Source: Entomortierella parvispora E1425
Lineage: Eukaryota > Fungi > Mortierellomycota
Assembly: GCA_020891255.1 (NCBI GenBank)
Contig: BQFW01000010.1
Location: forward strand, 1,550,001-1,614,000
Direction: 5' to 3'
Length of the DNA stretch: 64,000 nucleotides
Under the pieces are notes generated by a model. It was not told the origin of the DNA, did not search any database, and was given only the letters and a program-made list of their open reading frames with translations. Positions 10,246-24,078 of this stretch are shown piece by piece (within the stretch, counting starts at the first letter, position 1; each line of letters opens with the position of its first letter). Position numbers and translations under genes: made by a program.

Positions 10246-11754
10246 TCAGTTATTGAACTCGGGGTTAAGGCTGCTATGCATCAGCTGGTCCGTTACTTCC
10301 AGATATCCCTTCTTTCCTGCCTGCGTCACGTATCCTGACACCAAGGGCTCATGTTGACTTGATGGCAACACCTCTACAAATGAATCGCCCATCCACTGAG
10401 ACCCCGGGGCTGCTGTTGAAGACGAAGATCCAACATCCTGCGTTGCATGCTCGTGTTCCTCTTCAGAGCGCCTTCTCGATCCAGGTCCAGATCCCGCTGT
10501 CGAGCTGGAGGAGGATGAGGACCGGACACGCACATGTGACTGGGTCATCAATTCCTCAGTTGCTGAAGACAAGCCCCTGCTGTGGCCCGCCTTTTTCTGA
10601 ACAAAGACCACTCGAGGCACGACTCCTTGGACCAAATCCACCACGTTAGGCCTTGCCTCCACATGAATATAGCTCTCCAAATGACGGACCACATGGCCGA
10701 CTCCTTCCTCCGTCTCACAGATCAGGAACTGTCGGGGATCAATCAGCCTGGGTCCCTTGGTGCCTGGAGAAGAGATCAGTCCTGCGTTCCGGAGCATGGT
10801 CAAAATCTGCTCCTTCTCCCGCTCCTGGTACAACTGCTGTTCCTGTTTGAGCTGGTCCTGCTCCTGCACTGTGAGAACCTTTGCCCTGTCATTGTTATTT
10901 TGGTGCTCCTGCTGTTGATGCTGCTGCTGCAGCTGCTGCAGAGGTGGACAGAGCAGGATCAGGTGAAGATTGTAGTTTTCGGCCAAATGGAACAACAGTG
11001 GGATGGCACCCTCGACAAATCCATAATTGGGCGCTGTTGGATCTGGAGACGGATTCCACAGAATGGTCTAGAGATGAATAAAAGAGTATTTTTCGTCAAT
11101 CGAGAGTCCAACTCTTGTCAGATCCTGAGGGTTGCTTCCAGCGATTGGTCAACCAGGTAGAACGGCATGCAAGGATTAAAAAAAAAAACATGGACATACA
11201 TTCTTGAGCGATATAGTCATAACTCTGCGGTTCCTCTTGACCGTCCTGGCAATCTTTGATCCGAGCCGTGATAATGACGATGCTTGAGCCTTTTTGGTTC
11301 ACAAACAGGAATAAGCACGCGGTAAGTCGAGAATACAGTGCAGAGAGCATTGTGTCGATCAGAGGCAGAACCACATGTCATGTTGCCCGCTGCACTTTCG
11401 ACCTTTTTTTTTTCTTTTAGTATAGTCCGGTCGGGTGGTGTTCAGCTGCAAGCAAGCAGGCAAGCATGGCAAAAGATGTAACGAGTCGATGGCAGATAGG
11501 ACATGGAAATAAGCTCTCCTTACCTCAGTCGCAAAGCCATCGTTTTGACCAGCACCAGACCTTTGATCCTGACCCTCAGTCCTGCTCTGATCCGAAGAGC
11601 GGCGACGACTGGCGCCATTGTTTCCGGTGTGGGCCGATTTTTGTTGCTGCTTGTAAAGGTAGAGTCCCACAGACACAATGCCGCAGGCAAGAGTGGCGTA
11701 CGCGACCCAGGCGCCTATCTTTCTTGACTTGTTGATCTGCTTCTTGTTGGTCAT
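10246..11754 (-). CDS. PEX22: Pex22-like peroxisomal membrane anchor, 3 exons
   Basis: N-terminal basic patch plus a TM helix 'GAWVAYATLACGIVSVGLYLY'. The spliced product reads 'MTISLKN|TILWNPSPDP...AIPLLFHLAENYNLHLI' and later 'FLICETEEGVGHVVRHLESYIHVE', resembling the plant/basal-fungal Pex22 core. Confidence 0.7.
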
Positions 11755-11899
11755 TCCGAACTGCTTGGTGCAAGATTAGGTTGATGTGACAGAATGGGAG
11801 AAGAGAATAAGAGATGGAAAACAAGCCGCTTGTTCTTTCAAAGTAGAATGGGAATGCAGAAGGGTATAGAGAGATGAGAGGTCGAAAGAATGAATGGAA

Positions 11900-11927
11900 G
11901 AATGAATGAATGAATGAATGAATGAAT
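11900..11927 (+). repeat. (GAAT)7 microsatellite
   Basis: Read directly; intergenic between the divergent PEX22-like and CAB2 genes. Confidence 0.9.
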
Positions 11928-12285
11928 GGAGGGGCAAAGGGGCAAAGACCATTCAGGGGAATCTTGCAAAGTGAACAGGACACAACTGGTAAGAAGAAGA
12001 GGCAGAGTGAAGGCGACCACGAGGAAAGGAAAGGAGTAAGAAGGAAGAGGGAAGAGAGAAGAGAGGAAGGAAGGAAGAGGAGGAGGAAGAAAGAAAAGGA
12101 AAGTAGAGACAGAAAAGAGAACAAAGAACAAGAAGAGGTACACTGAATGGCCCCCTTTGCTTCTTCGGGTCCCCTTTCATATGAACGACAAAAAGCGAAC
12201 GATCTTGACAAATCTCCAATGCGGCCCGCTCGCCGACTCGTCCGCTGTGCTTTTTGTGCTTTCGTGTCGTCCTTCCTACCTTCCG

Positions 12286-12345
12286 TCTGTCCTGTCTGTC
12301 TGTCTGTCTGTCTGTCTGTTTCCCTGTCTGTTTCCTGTCTGTTTC
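12286..12345 (+). repeat. Imperfect (CTGT)n microsatellite
   Basis: Read directly. Confidence 0.85.
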
Positions 12346-12672
12346 TGTGTCCAACCACCCACTCGCACCCTGTGTCTCCTCCACCATTTATCTGATCCAC
12401 CTTCCACCACGATCCTCCACGCCGATGATGATCCACACCCTGCAGCACTGAATCAACATTCAATATGAAGGACAGACAGTCCCCTTCCACCCCATTCTTG
12501 ACCTCCGATCTGTGATAAACCGCTCTGCCGCCCTTCTCTTCTCTTCCTTCCCTCGTTCTCTCTTCCTCTCTTCTCATTGTCTGTCTTCACCCTCTCCACT
12601 CTCACTCTCACTCTCACTCTCTCTCTCCCTTCATCTTCTTTCCACAAACTCAACCTCAGTCTCATTCCCGTC

Positions 12673-14485
12673 ATGGCATCTTCTCACCATCATATCAATC
12701 TGGACCAGCCCATCCCCAGAAAGCCCATTCTCAATGGCGACAACCACCTTCACTATACGCCCGCCATCTCTGGCGCATCCACTCCGGCCTCAACTGCCAG
12801 TCCCGGACCGCTCTCTGCCGAAGTCTACTTCGCGTCTCATGTCGCTCCAAAGTCACTCCCCGAGAATGCCGAAAAGATTCGCGCTTTTGTTGACAGACAC
12901 ATGCATGAGGGTCGCCGAGTGGTTCTTGTCACTGTAAGTGCTTTTTTATTCACTTTTGGTTGCCCACTTGTCGCGGTGGCTCTTTGCAAGAGGATACGGG
13001 TGGATGTTCCTCATGACTCCTTTTTTCTCTCGCTACTTGGGCGCGAAGAAAAGAAAAAGAAGGATAGATAGCATGGCAGTCTCCTCTCATTTGTCATCGC
13101 GGTCACCGTTTTCGGATATCCGGATACGCAATGAACATAAAAGACATGAAAGAGTGGACTGATAAGGCAACTTAGACTGGAGGGTCCGAGCATTTCTTTG
13201 TTGGGTTCTGTCCCCTCTCTCTCTCTCTTTCTCTCCTCTCCTCGTCATATCCCATCAGAGAGCATCCACAAACAAAAAAACCTTAGCCCACGTTGTCTCT
13301 TGTTCCCCCACCACTTCGGTCTTGCCTGTGGCTCAAGACCGATCACCAACTCAAACAACATCTGATTATTTGTTTTAGAGCGGAGGCACGACCGTGCCTT
13401 TGGAGACACAGACGGTTCGGTTCATTGACAACTTTAGTGCAGGCACGCGTGGCGCAACTTCGGCAGAGTACTTCTTGGAGCAAGGATACGCCGTCATCTT
13501 TATGCATCGCCAGTTCAGTCTCCAGCCTTATTCGCGCCATTACAGTCATGCCCGCAACTGCTTCTTGGAGTTTATGGAGGCGGATGATCAGGGCATCCAT
13601 GGTGAGTCAATATTGGCTGTTTTTCGCGGACAATAACAGGATCGATCGATCACAGCATGCTGACAATGTCATTGTATTGTGCACCATTATAGTCATGCCA
13701 GCATATGTCGAGAAGATGAAGCTAATCCTGGAGAAATACAGAGCAGTAAGGCAGACTTGAAGATCAAGGATGGCATCGGAAACTGTTTTTTTTTTTCTTT
13801 GCGAGCAGCAGAACTTGGAGAGAAGAGCATTTAATCTCTAACGCAACTCGTTTCTTGCTTATTCTCTTTCTTCCTCCGTTACCCAAAGACTCAAAAGGCC
13901 GGTTTGCTTTTGACGCTTGATTTCGTGACAGTACATGACTACCTGTTCCTTCTCCGAGAGGCGGCCCAGATCATCTCGAAGATGGACGTGAATGCCATGT
14001 ACTATTTGGCCGCTGCTGTGTCGGATTTCTTTATCCCTCAGGACAAGATGTCGGAACACAAGATCCAGTCTGGCGACGGACTGCTCAACCTGTCCATGGA
14101 TCAAGTGCCCAAGATCTTGAAGCCTCTTGTGAATGACTGGACTCCCAAGGCCTTTATTGTCTCCTTCAAGCTCGAGACAGACGAGGCCCTGTTGCCAACG
14201 AAATCGCGCCAGGCCCTGAAGCGCTATGGCCATCAGATTGTCATTGGCAACATCCTGACGACTCGAAAGAGGGTGGTCAAGATGATTTCGGCCGATGACG
14301 AGACTGAGATTCGACTGACCCAGGAGGAAGACGAGGTGGAGCATATCGAGATTGAATCTCGGATCGTGCCTGCGCTGATTGAGAAACACACAGAGTGGAT
14401 CGAGGCATGTGGCAAGCGTGGAGAATGCGGGATCCGCCACCCGACTACTACCACCAACACCACCACCACCCCTGCCTCCGCTTGA
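12673..14485 (+). CDS. CAB2: Phosphopantothenate--cysteine ligase (CoA biosynthesis), multi-exon
   Basis: 'RVVLVT|[44 protein letters not shown]', '[13 protein letters not shown]' and '[10 protein letters not shown]' are PPCS signature motifs. Confidence 0.96.
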
Positions 14486-14842
14486 ACAATTTCCCTTTTG
14501 ATGATTTTGCCATTTAGATTTCCACTTTTTTTTTTCTTTCCTTCGTGCATTTTCATTGCGAGCAGCCTCGAGAGAGAAGAAAAGTCGGCCTCCCTCCTAT
14601 CAATGAATTCAGCCAAGAAGGCCAATGATGGCCCTGCTTCACATTTGTAAATTACTCTTTTTTTTCCCTACAATATACTTGGGGGGTCCCCCTCACTTCA
14701 GAATAAAGACTTGTCAGAAACAGATTATTGTATTTTCAAGAGTGATAGAGTGGAGAGTGAAAGTCATGACTTCTCCAAGTAAGAACTAGAGAGAAGTTGA
14801 ATGAGAAGAAAGAGGTAGACAGAAAACGTGAAAAAAAAAGAC

Positions 14843-17325
14843 TTATGGCGGGCGGTGCCCCAAGAATTCAAGATCGAGAATCTCAATGGCCGAGTCCTGT
14901 TTTCTAATGGAGCCGTCCACTTGCACCTTGTCTAGATCAGCAACGCGAACGCGAGCATGACCTGTTGTATAGTTTTCATGATTGGTGCTAACGGAAAGGC
15001 CGCGGTGTACTGGTATTTCGTCGTTCTCATCATCTCCCTCTGGGCTATGTCGGCTTCCCAAATCTAGTAACTGATTGCCAACAGCAAGATCTTCGTCCAG
15101 GTCGCCACTCTCATCTTCGTTGTCGTCGCCTTCGTCATTGTCATTGTATTCTGCCTCTTTTTCGACTATTTATGTTTTTTTTTTATCAAGGGAAGGGATT
15201 AGCAATGAAATCCAACTATTGAAAAGCCCGGCAAAAGAAAAAACATATAAAAGCGCTTGCGCTCCTACACTTACACACGTCGAACGAGGACAGGACCTTG
15301 ACACCAGGTTTAGTCGATTGATCCAATGCCTGTCGAGCCTCAAAGAGCATATGCTCGATCGAAAGACAGAGTCTTTTAAATATCAAATCCGCCTGTCGTT
15401 CCGATTCCGTTCTCATCTCCTGTATCCTTTGCGCCGTCGTTATCTCTCCCTCTTTGGCGTCCTGTGAATATGGTCGTTCCAAGTACGTGTCCGAGAAAGG
15501 AACTAGACCATCTTGTGAATCCGTGTCCTGACTCTGATCAAACCCAAGTTCGAATGGTGCCCTAAAAAAACACAGGGGCCATGTCAGTTTTTTTTTTTTT
15601 TAGTTTTTTTTTTTTTTTTTTTTTGGTTCTTTCATAGAACTGTCAAGGTCTCGCGTTCAAAGAAAAGGGCACCACTTACGATTGAATCCGCATCCGCAGC
15701 TCCTGAATCTCTGCGGCTTGTTTACGGATGGTGGCCTCCAAGGATTGGTTCACCTGAAGCAACGACGCATTTGATATTTCTAAATCTGCAATCTTGCGTC
15801 GCGTCCTAGCCGCCTCCCCTGACCTCCGATTCTCTTCTGCCAATCTGCTCGCGGCGGCCACTATGCTCGCCCCTGATTCATTCGGAAGAGAAGCAGTAGG
15901 CTTAGATACTTTGGCTTGAGAGGATGTTGGAGGCTGTGAAGGAGTCGTCGTGGTTGTTGCCGTTGATGTTGTATTCGTGAAAGACAGTGTCGGGATTTGT
16001 AAGGAATTGATGTGATTGATGTGATTGAAGGTGGGTGTTGAGGGTGTTGTGGGCGAGGTCGGTCCTGAATCATCCTGTGCAGAACGAGCAACGATACTGT
16101 GTCTTTTCGAGGAAGAACCTCCGCTGATCCATGACAAGGACGAAGATGAAGTTGAGGATGAGAATGAAGATGACAGCAGATTGGATCCAAAGGCCGACGT
16201 CGAAGAAGATAGGCCGAGTGCAGACGATGCGGGTATAGAAATGCTGTTGCTAGGATGGCTGTTGATGATGCCGTCCAACTTGATGGAAGCCCCTGTGGCA
16301 ATTTTTATGGACTTGGTCCCTCCTGCTGGCCTGTCCCCTTTGGTCTCTCTTCTTGTAGTACTGGAGCTGGGGTTCGCTGGAGAAGAAGGAGCGGCTCTGA
16401 CCATTCGCGTCGAAGTCAGACTCCTAGTCGAAGAAGACCCGCCTCCTCTTGCTCCCTCTCCTCCGCCTGCTGCTGCGTCTCTTCGAGAGATCGGCACAGA
16501 CTGTGAGACTATTTGGCTTTCGGATGTCGTTGCTCTTCTTGTTGTTACGAGCCCCTCACGGCTGGGTACGCCGAAAGGCAGACTGTTGAGATGAATACCG
16601 CCTCCACCTGAAAATAGTTGGATATGATCCTCCACAGAACCCTCAGAGACAGCACCGTCATCGGAAGAGGTTACGGATCCGTCCCGTATATGACCATGTC
16701 CATGCCCCTGCGCGTTTGCCAGTTTAACTGTTACCCCTTCTCCTCTTGCTCCTGTGGTTGATGCAGACGCTGCTGCAAGCAAAGCCCCAGCAGAAGCAGA
16801 GGGTTTTACGATGATACCCACTCCTGTTCCACCGCCGCTCCTCCTTGAAACCTCACCATCACCTGTTGCCAGGCTGTTACTGACACCTCGAGTGACGCCT
16901 TCTCGTTGTCCTTGTTGTTGCTGTTGTTGTTGCCGATGCTGCGGTTGTGGGTGTCCATTGCCCTGGGTCATTCTTGAGGATACACTTCGTACCGACCCAG
17001 AGGCAGAAACAGGGTTGGAAGAGCGTGATTTTGATGCCATTTTGATGGTGGGTCGGGAGAGTGGGAGAGGGTTTTGAGGATGGAGTTGATGCCGTTGCTG
17101 CTGCTGCTGCTGTTGCTGAAGATGTTGAGATCTTGAAACACCGAGACTTGCCGTGGTAGGAGGCTTGGTGGCAGGAAAGGCGGCGAAGTTCAGATCTATT
17201 TGGGCCGTCTGGGCGACTTTGGCAGGTCTTCTTGGAGGTGTTTGCGGACGATATTGCTGTGGCCCTGCTGATGGAGAGGCTGGGGATCCAGCGGTATTCC
17301 GAGAAGGGGGGCGAGTTGTGTTCAT
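14843..17325 (-). CDS. Conserved fungal hypothetical protein: long Ser/Thr/Gln-rich N-terminus and a C-terminal coiled coil; multi-exon
   Basis: The long ORF ends 'RRKIADLEISNASLLQVNQSLEATIRKQAAEI' at a GTAAGT donor. Further exons include 'ADLIFKRLCLSIEHMLFEARQAL' and an acidic last exon ending at 14843. ATG is at 17325. Confidence 0.75.
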
Positions 17326-19766
17326 GGGTGCGGAGGGGAGAGGGGGGCACGAAGGAGGGGAAGGGAGAGATACAGGCACAGGGGAAGAGTGGGTGCCGAG
17401 AAAGACAGAGAGCAAAGGCGGTGGAGAAGGACGAAAAAAGTGTTCCTGTGTCCGCTTCCCAAGAATGTGAGCCCTTGACAGGGAAGATCGGCTGGTAAAG
17501 ATAGGGTGGCAGAGGTAGTAGTTGTCTGAAAGAGTTGCTGAGCAAGGGCAGAGGAGAAATGATAAAGTGTCGATTAGGGTATAAAGATGAATGAATGAAT
17601 GGAAAAGAAGGATGAGAAAGTGAAATGAGTATGACGGGGATGATTAGATTAGATTGGCAGTAGCAGCAAAGAGAGTGGATGGGTGACCCATGCACGCATG
17701 GTCACAGAGACAATGACAGATAAAAACCCGCGAGTCGATGACGCCGGCGAATGGGTGCCAGGGGTGGGAGGAGGAGGAGAAGGATGTAATGAAGGAAAGA
17801 CGATGGCAGGTCGAGAACGAGCTAACGGACAGACGGATAGACGTGGAGGAGGGGGAACGTTGGCTGTTTCTTTCGCTCCCGCATGGGACCCTATGCCCTG
17901 TATGATAAAGTAGGAAGGAAGAAAGGACAGAGTGATGCGAATGCGGCGGGAAGAGCAAAGAGACCTTCAAGAAAATCCCGCGCCTGTGATTACCTTTATC
18001 TTCCCATGTCCTTCCCAGGATCCTATCCGCCTTCACTCGCCAAGGCACACGCGCTCGCGCGTGTGTGGCGCGTGCAAAAAGGCACCTTGTCAAGGTGGCT
18101 CCACCATGTCGAGAGCAATCAAAATGGAGCAATCGACTGTTGGACAACCAATGTTTGTTCTCGGGACAACTTTGAGAACCTTCTTCTCCAGGCATGTCTA
18201 TCCCAGCAAGTACGATGGGATGGAGACGTTGGTATGCCTTCTCTTTCTTGCCTCTCTTTTTCTTCACGGTGCTCCTTTCGGAATGCAAAAGTGTGTCTTT
18301 TATGGCCTGCCTGTCTGCTTGTGGCTGTGGTGGCTGTGCGGCGGCAGAAGCGGGCTCTTGACCCAAGTCTGCTTTGGAGCATTGAAGAGGAGAAAAAATA
18401 CGTACCCGGGGTGGCATTTGCATCACGCGAGGGACTGGCATTTCCTCCTTTTTCTCAAAGATGACCCTCTCTCGGGCTTCTCTCCTGCTGGCAAACTTGA
18501 CCTCTTTTGCGTCATTCTTTGCCCTGTTCTCAGACCTGCGCATAAAAAAAACACACAGTAACAACGCGACGAGGACCCAAAATCCAATGATGTGGCCCAT
18601 GAAGGACGCCGACAAAAGACCAAAGACAAGCCCTGCAGACCATCCGAATGTTGGCATGTGTCTTGTGGTCATTTGGTGGCAAAAGGGCTCGCCACCACCT
18701 TCCTTCATTCCAGAGCTTGTACTACAAAGGCGCATTTATGAAAAAAGGGTCTGGGAGCACAATGGCAATTGACCGCTTCAGCGCTGTGGAGCATCTGAGC
18801 GAAGCTGAGAGAGCACAATGAATGAGGGAGGAACGAGAATGCATGCCCTGGATACCCTGATCCTGACTGAGAACTAGAGCAAAAGGCAATGTGGTCCAAA
18901 GTCTCGGAGGGGACTTTTGGTCGTCAGTTTGAATGGACCCCTTGGGCTAATGACCCTTTTCTCGTCGTCCCTCCTTTCGTCCCTTTACCTTATTTGCTTT
19001 GCTCGAAAGCAAGTGATGGCAAGAGCGAGGAGGTAAAAGGGAGAGGGAAAAGCTATGCTCCCTTGCAATCCAAGACCCAAGGGAGGTGGCGAGCAAACAG
19101 GCAGGCAGGGTCTCTCTCTCTTGTTCATAGTTCATGTCTCTTCCCTCCCACCCACATCCATAGGAGAATTTATCGCATTTCAAAAACACATTCCATTTGA
19201 AGATTCCACATTCCAGTTGACTCCACTCTTCACTCTTTCTGCAGCCTTTGCTTCAAGCACCCTTCATTCCCTTCATTCTCCTCCTCCTACCTCCTTCTAC
19301 CTCCTACCTCTTCTTACTCTGTCAATTGATCTCGAGAAAAGTGGCCTCGAGAGCTGCGAAGAAGCAATCTCAATCCTCCGTTTGGATATAAAGATTGGAA
19401 CTTCTCAGAATCTCCCTCTTCCCCGTCCTTCTCTTCTCTCTCGCTTTCTTCTATTCTTCTCTCTCGATTCCTCACTCCCATTCAGTTACTCACCATTGTT
19501 TTCGGGAACCTTCTTATTATTATTACAACAATCACCGACCTGGTTATCCATTTTCTACTTTTTGTGGTGGCGATCAGTCCTTTTGAGCATCCAGCTTCCA
19601 TCCAACTACCGGTCCCTCTTTCAATACTCTGCTATTTACGCCACTTTCCCAGCTTTACAATCCATCCCAAGTAACGGACATCTATCGTCATCCTTTTGCT
19701 TCATCCACCTTCCTCGTCCCCTCCCCCTCATCACCGAAAATTCTCGCGTCACATCTCTACTCCACG

Positions 19767-21380
19767 ATGGCCTCTAGCCACTCGTCGTCTACATCCTCAA
19801 CCCTTGCACCATCTCCCGTCTTGACTTCTTCGTCCATCTCGGCAGCCGCAACGACGACAGCAGCGACCGTGGCTGGAAGTCTTTACCTTCCGCAGACCTA
19901 CTCCTTCTTGAGCCCCGAAACATTTGAGACCTTGGTGGAGGGTTACATCAGTCAGCTTCATGTTCGCAAGCGCAACAAGGCCCTGATCAACCAACAACTC
20001 GCCAATGATTGTCTTATGGTCTTGACCAACCCAGAGAACACTGCCATCTTCAATCCAAAATTTCGATGGTGGGTGCGGAAGCATTTCGTGTTTACAGTGG
20101 TGGGTGAGCTGAGGATTTTGATGGACAAGAAGAATGGCAAGCCTGTCTGCGTGAGGGAGCAGCTGTATGACAAGGTCTGCTATTTTCATCACATCATTGG
20201 ACATGGAGGACGCGACAAGACCTTTGCCGCTGTAAGTATAGATCCCTGATATTAACTACTAACACATGAGAAACCCGACTGCTGTGTCTGTGTGTCTGTG
20301 TGTCTATGTGTCTGCCTTCTTTTTGTGTCAGTGTCTGTGCCCTTCACGTTTTTTTTGTCTGTCATTGCCTCTTTGTTTGTGATCGGCCCATACCCACATT
20401 TGCCACCTGGTTTAAATTCTGTGTTCAGTGCCCTATTTCGTGAAAGTCAGGGTCAAAAGACACCCAAAAAGGAGACCTTGACGCGTTGAAGAGGGGAGGA
20501 GAAGGATGGGCTCAACATTCCCAGGGCGTTTTTATTTTGTCGAGAGCGCGCGCTCATACCAGATGGTTCATTCCGAGAAAAAGGAGACACGGGTTCAACA
20601 CGCGTACCAGACGCGTCCCAACGGGGCCAGGCATTTTTGACCTTTTGCCTGGCCCACGAGATCTTTTTCTTGTTCTGTCAGGCCCTTTTTTTTCCTGGCA
20701 TTGTTTGCTTTTCCATATCTGGACCCCCTATTTCCCTCGTCTTTTCGTCAGTAGAATAATGTACTGGGTCCACCTCTCACCCACCTTGCTCTTGCACCCC
20801 ACACACATACCGCATTCTCCTTCTGTCAGCCCCTCTTCTCTTTGTGGTCCGCTGTCTCCCCCCCCCCCCTATTCACTGACCACTCCAACTCTATATTACT
20901 ACACCGAAAAAACAAAGTTGAGTCTCTAATCTCTTTTGCTGTCCTGCTTTGTCTTCCATCCTCATTCCCGACCTCCTTCCATGCACACCAAAAACACAAC
21001 AGATCACGAAATCATACTCCAAAGTTCCAGCAGAATTGGTCTCACTCTTCACCAAGAACTGCCAGACTTGTCTTGGTGTGCGCAAGTACAGCAAGAACAA
21101 GCGTCCAATTCTGAATGAATTTGAATACCCAAGTCAACCGACTGCACATCAGATTGCTCAACAACAACACCACTACCACCAATTACACCATGCTCAAGCT
21201 CAACAACATCATCACCATCAGCAACAACAACAACAACAACAGCAACAGCAACAACAACGTCATCTCTACCAGTTGCAACAACAGCAGCACCGTGAACAGC
21301 TGGCTGCACACCAACAACTTAAATTGGAACAAGAGCAAGAACAAAAACAACTACAGCAACAACAGCAGCAGCAATTACAG

Positions 21381-21426
<46 letters not shown>

Positions 21427-23315
21427 AGTTGCATTTGACTTGTAACACGAGCGGGTTCCACAACTCTCATCATGTACAGCAACAACAAGTTCAACAACAT
21501 CAGACCTGGACCAAGACTGAGTACGGAACCATATCTCCCATCTCGCCTCAGATGAGCCATTCTGGATCTGGATTCTTTAACAGCCAGCATCTTCATTGCT
21601 CCACCTCTTCCAATGGTCCATCTGCCCCCACCCCTGCTCAACAGCAACAACAGCAGCAACAGCAACAACAAGAACAAGCCGCGTTGGCGTCACATTTGAA
21701 CATGACCCTGGAGCTGTCAGATATCGCGACGACATTGGATGACAGCCACCACAATCATATGCAGGATGATTTGGATGCTTCATCGAGTGCCTGTTCCACC
21801 CCTACCCTCCTCAGAAAGTTGGAGCTTCCTATCCATCAATTGATCCAACACCAGAACCAACAACATGCGGCTCTCCAACAACAACAAAGTGGATTGCAGA
21901 GTCCAACCGAGCTGATGTCACCGGATCATAGACACGGCAGTGGGCACGGAGGATATGGTGATGGCAGTGCCTTTGCACGCGCTCTTCAGAGCCCAACGCT
22001 GTCGTACAACCAACATGCACACAGCCACCCACACCGTCACAACTCTCACTCACATCACCACACGCAACAACAGCAGCAGCAATCGTCCCCTGCATCCTCG
22101 ACTGGTCAATATTCACCGCAATACCAGCCCAGTGCATCCTCCCAGGCTGCGGCTCAAGACTATTCCCAGTTCTCGGCCTTCTCTCTCGGCTCGTTCCAGT
22201 CCCTGCAACAGCAAGGGCCACCCTCCCCTGTCTTGTCTCAGACCCAGCAGTTTCAAAAATCGGCCCAGCAGGAGCATCACCAACATCATCACTTTCGCCA
22301 ACAGCAACAACAAAAATTCTTGTCAGACTCGTTGATGTCTTCGACATTGACCTCGACCACGACCTCGGCCGTGCCCTCTGCTGTTCCGTCCATGACCACG
22401 ACCAGTGCTGTGTCAACAGAATCGATTGTATCGTCTATTGCCACGGCAGCGGCCGCTGCCGCCTCCAATGCCCAGCATCAGCAGCAACACCGTTCCTCCC
22501 AGAACTCGATCTCATCCATTCCTACCCCAAACAGTGTGATGGGGGCCGAGTCACCTTCTCCCTCGGACCTGTCCTTGATGTTGGATGGCTCTTGTGGTCA
22601 ATCGTCCGATCTGGGAAATGGACAGATGCATGCACACGAAAGTGAGGTGGACATGGATGAAGATGAGGATGATGATGGTTTGGATTTGGACCTGAGCTCC
22701 TTTCGACGTGACATGGAGCAAGAGCATCAGCGATCCATGCAATTGGTAGCCGCAGCAGCAGCTGCTGCTGCCGCCTCTCCTTCCTCTTTGACCTCATCAT
22801 CGTCCCCTTACCGACACCACAGTCTGCATCAACGCCGCCAGCAACTGCACCATCAGCACCAGCTCCAGCACCCGACGATTTATGAAGAGGATAGCACTAT
22901 GGCGGAGGATTCCCCTGAGGATGTCCAACCCCCTTCAACCCCAATGTCGACCAAGTACGAGCCAGCATCGGCGTTGACTATGACGTCTCCTCATATCAGC
23001 TCTGCCTCATCCTCAAAGTCAATGGGGTCCGTGGATGCGGCTTCTGTGTCCGCTGCAGCAGTGACCTTGGCAGCAGCAGCGGCGGCAGCTGCGGCCATCT
23101 CTTCGTCCTCTTCGTCCTCCTCGTTGTCCTCAACGTCCACCTCTCCAAATTCAACCAAGCCAACCGCCTCTGCCAACGAGGCGACGAAGCTTCAGCTGCA
23201 ACAACTCCAACACCACCATCAGCAGCAACAACAGCAGCAGCAACATTTGGCCGAAGTCAAGTTGCACATGACCACTGTTGAGCTGGTGGCCAGTGTTGTC
23301 GTTGGATTGCAGTAG
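19767..23315 (+). CDS. Integrase-type HHCC zinc-binding domain protein with a long polyQ/Ser-rich tail; join(19767..20231,21003..23315)
   Basis: The phase-0 intron 20232..21002 joins 'CYFHHIIGHGGRDKTFAA' to 'ITKSYSKVPAELVSLFTKNCQTC', forming H-x4-H...C-x2-C. No DDE core follows. Confidence 0.8.
21215..21427 (+). repeat. CAG/CAA polyglutamine-coding repeat tracts
   Basis: Read directly; further tracts occur at ~21640-21670 and ~23220-23243. Confidence 0.9.
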
Positions 23316-24078
23316 ATGGAAGGCTCCTTTTTGTCTGTCTGCTGGTTTTTTTTTCCCAGACAACAAAAAGTATCCCCCTTCCTCCCATATACCCGACAGC
23401 GCAAGGAAACGTCCATCTGATGGTCCAAAAAAAAAAAAAAAAAAAAAAAGGATTCGAAATCGGTTTTCTATACCCCTTCTTTTCTGTTTCTTCTTTCTTT
23501 TCACCGAGAAGAGAAACTGAAAAAAAATATACCCCACAAAAGCCCTTTCTTTTCTATACGCTCCATTCTTTCGGTACTTTTCTTTTGCGATCCCTCTGTC
23601 AACCGCTTTCAGTCCTCTTTTTTTGTTTCTTTGGTTTGTTTTGTAGTTCTGTTTCTTCTGTGAAAAAAAAATCTTTGCCCCAAGATCAGAAAGCTTTCAT
23701 GTATATTAGTCTCCAAGCGATTCTCTCAGCCAACAATGGCATTCAGAAGCACTCCCAAGTGCTGAATAAATCAAGTTGTAGCTGATTCATTGTGTCCTAG
23801 GATTGTTCAGAATGCTCGGACATGGGCGATAGCTACTTTAGTGATCACGTTGTCACAGTCCCAGGATCTTCTCCCAGGCAAGGATGATACTTCAGAGCAC
23901 ACAAGCGCGAGCGGAGACGAATGTGTCAAATTGAGCGGCACTTTTCCTCTAAAGGTAATTTTCTCATTTGACATATTGCATTTAGGGAGAGTTACTTAAG
24001 GGTCTCATTAAGGGTATAGAACGAAATTTGAGTTCTAAGTTCAAATAGGTCTGCGAAATAAACCCATCAACCAAGGTG

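Noticed and set aside
11576-12577. 333-aa minus ORF and similar long ORFs at 17644..18735, 19055..19777, 29714..30433 and 38851..39828
   Set aside because: They arise from stop-poor purine/pyrimidine-skewed promoter DNA, microsatellites or antisense of real exons; no domain signal.
20232-21002. Intronic snoRNAs in the long introns (also 12934-13378 and 40862-41243)
   Set aside because: I found no convincing C/D box pair with a terminal stem and no H/ACA structure by eye; an Infernal/Rfam scan would be needed.
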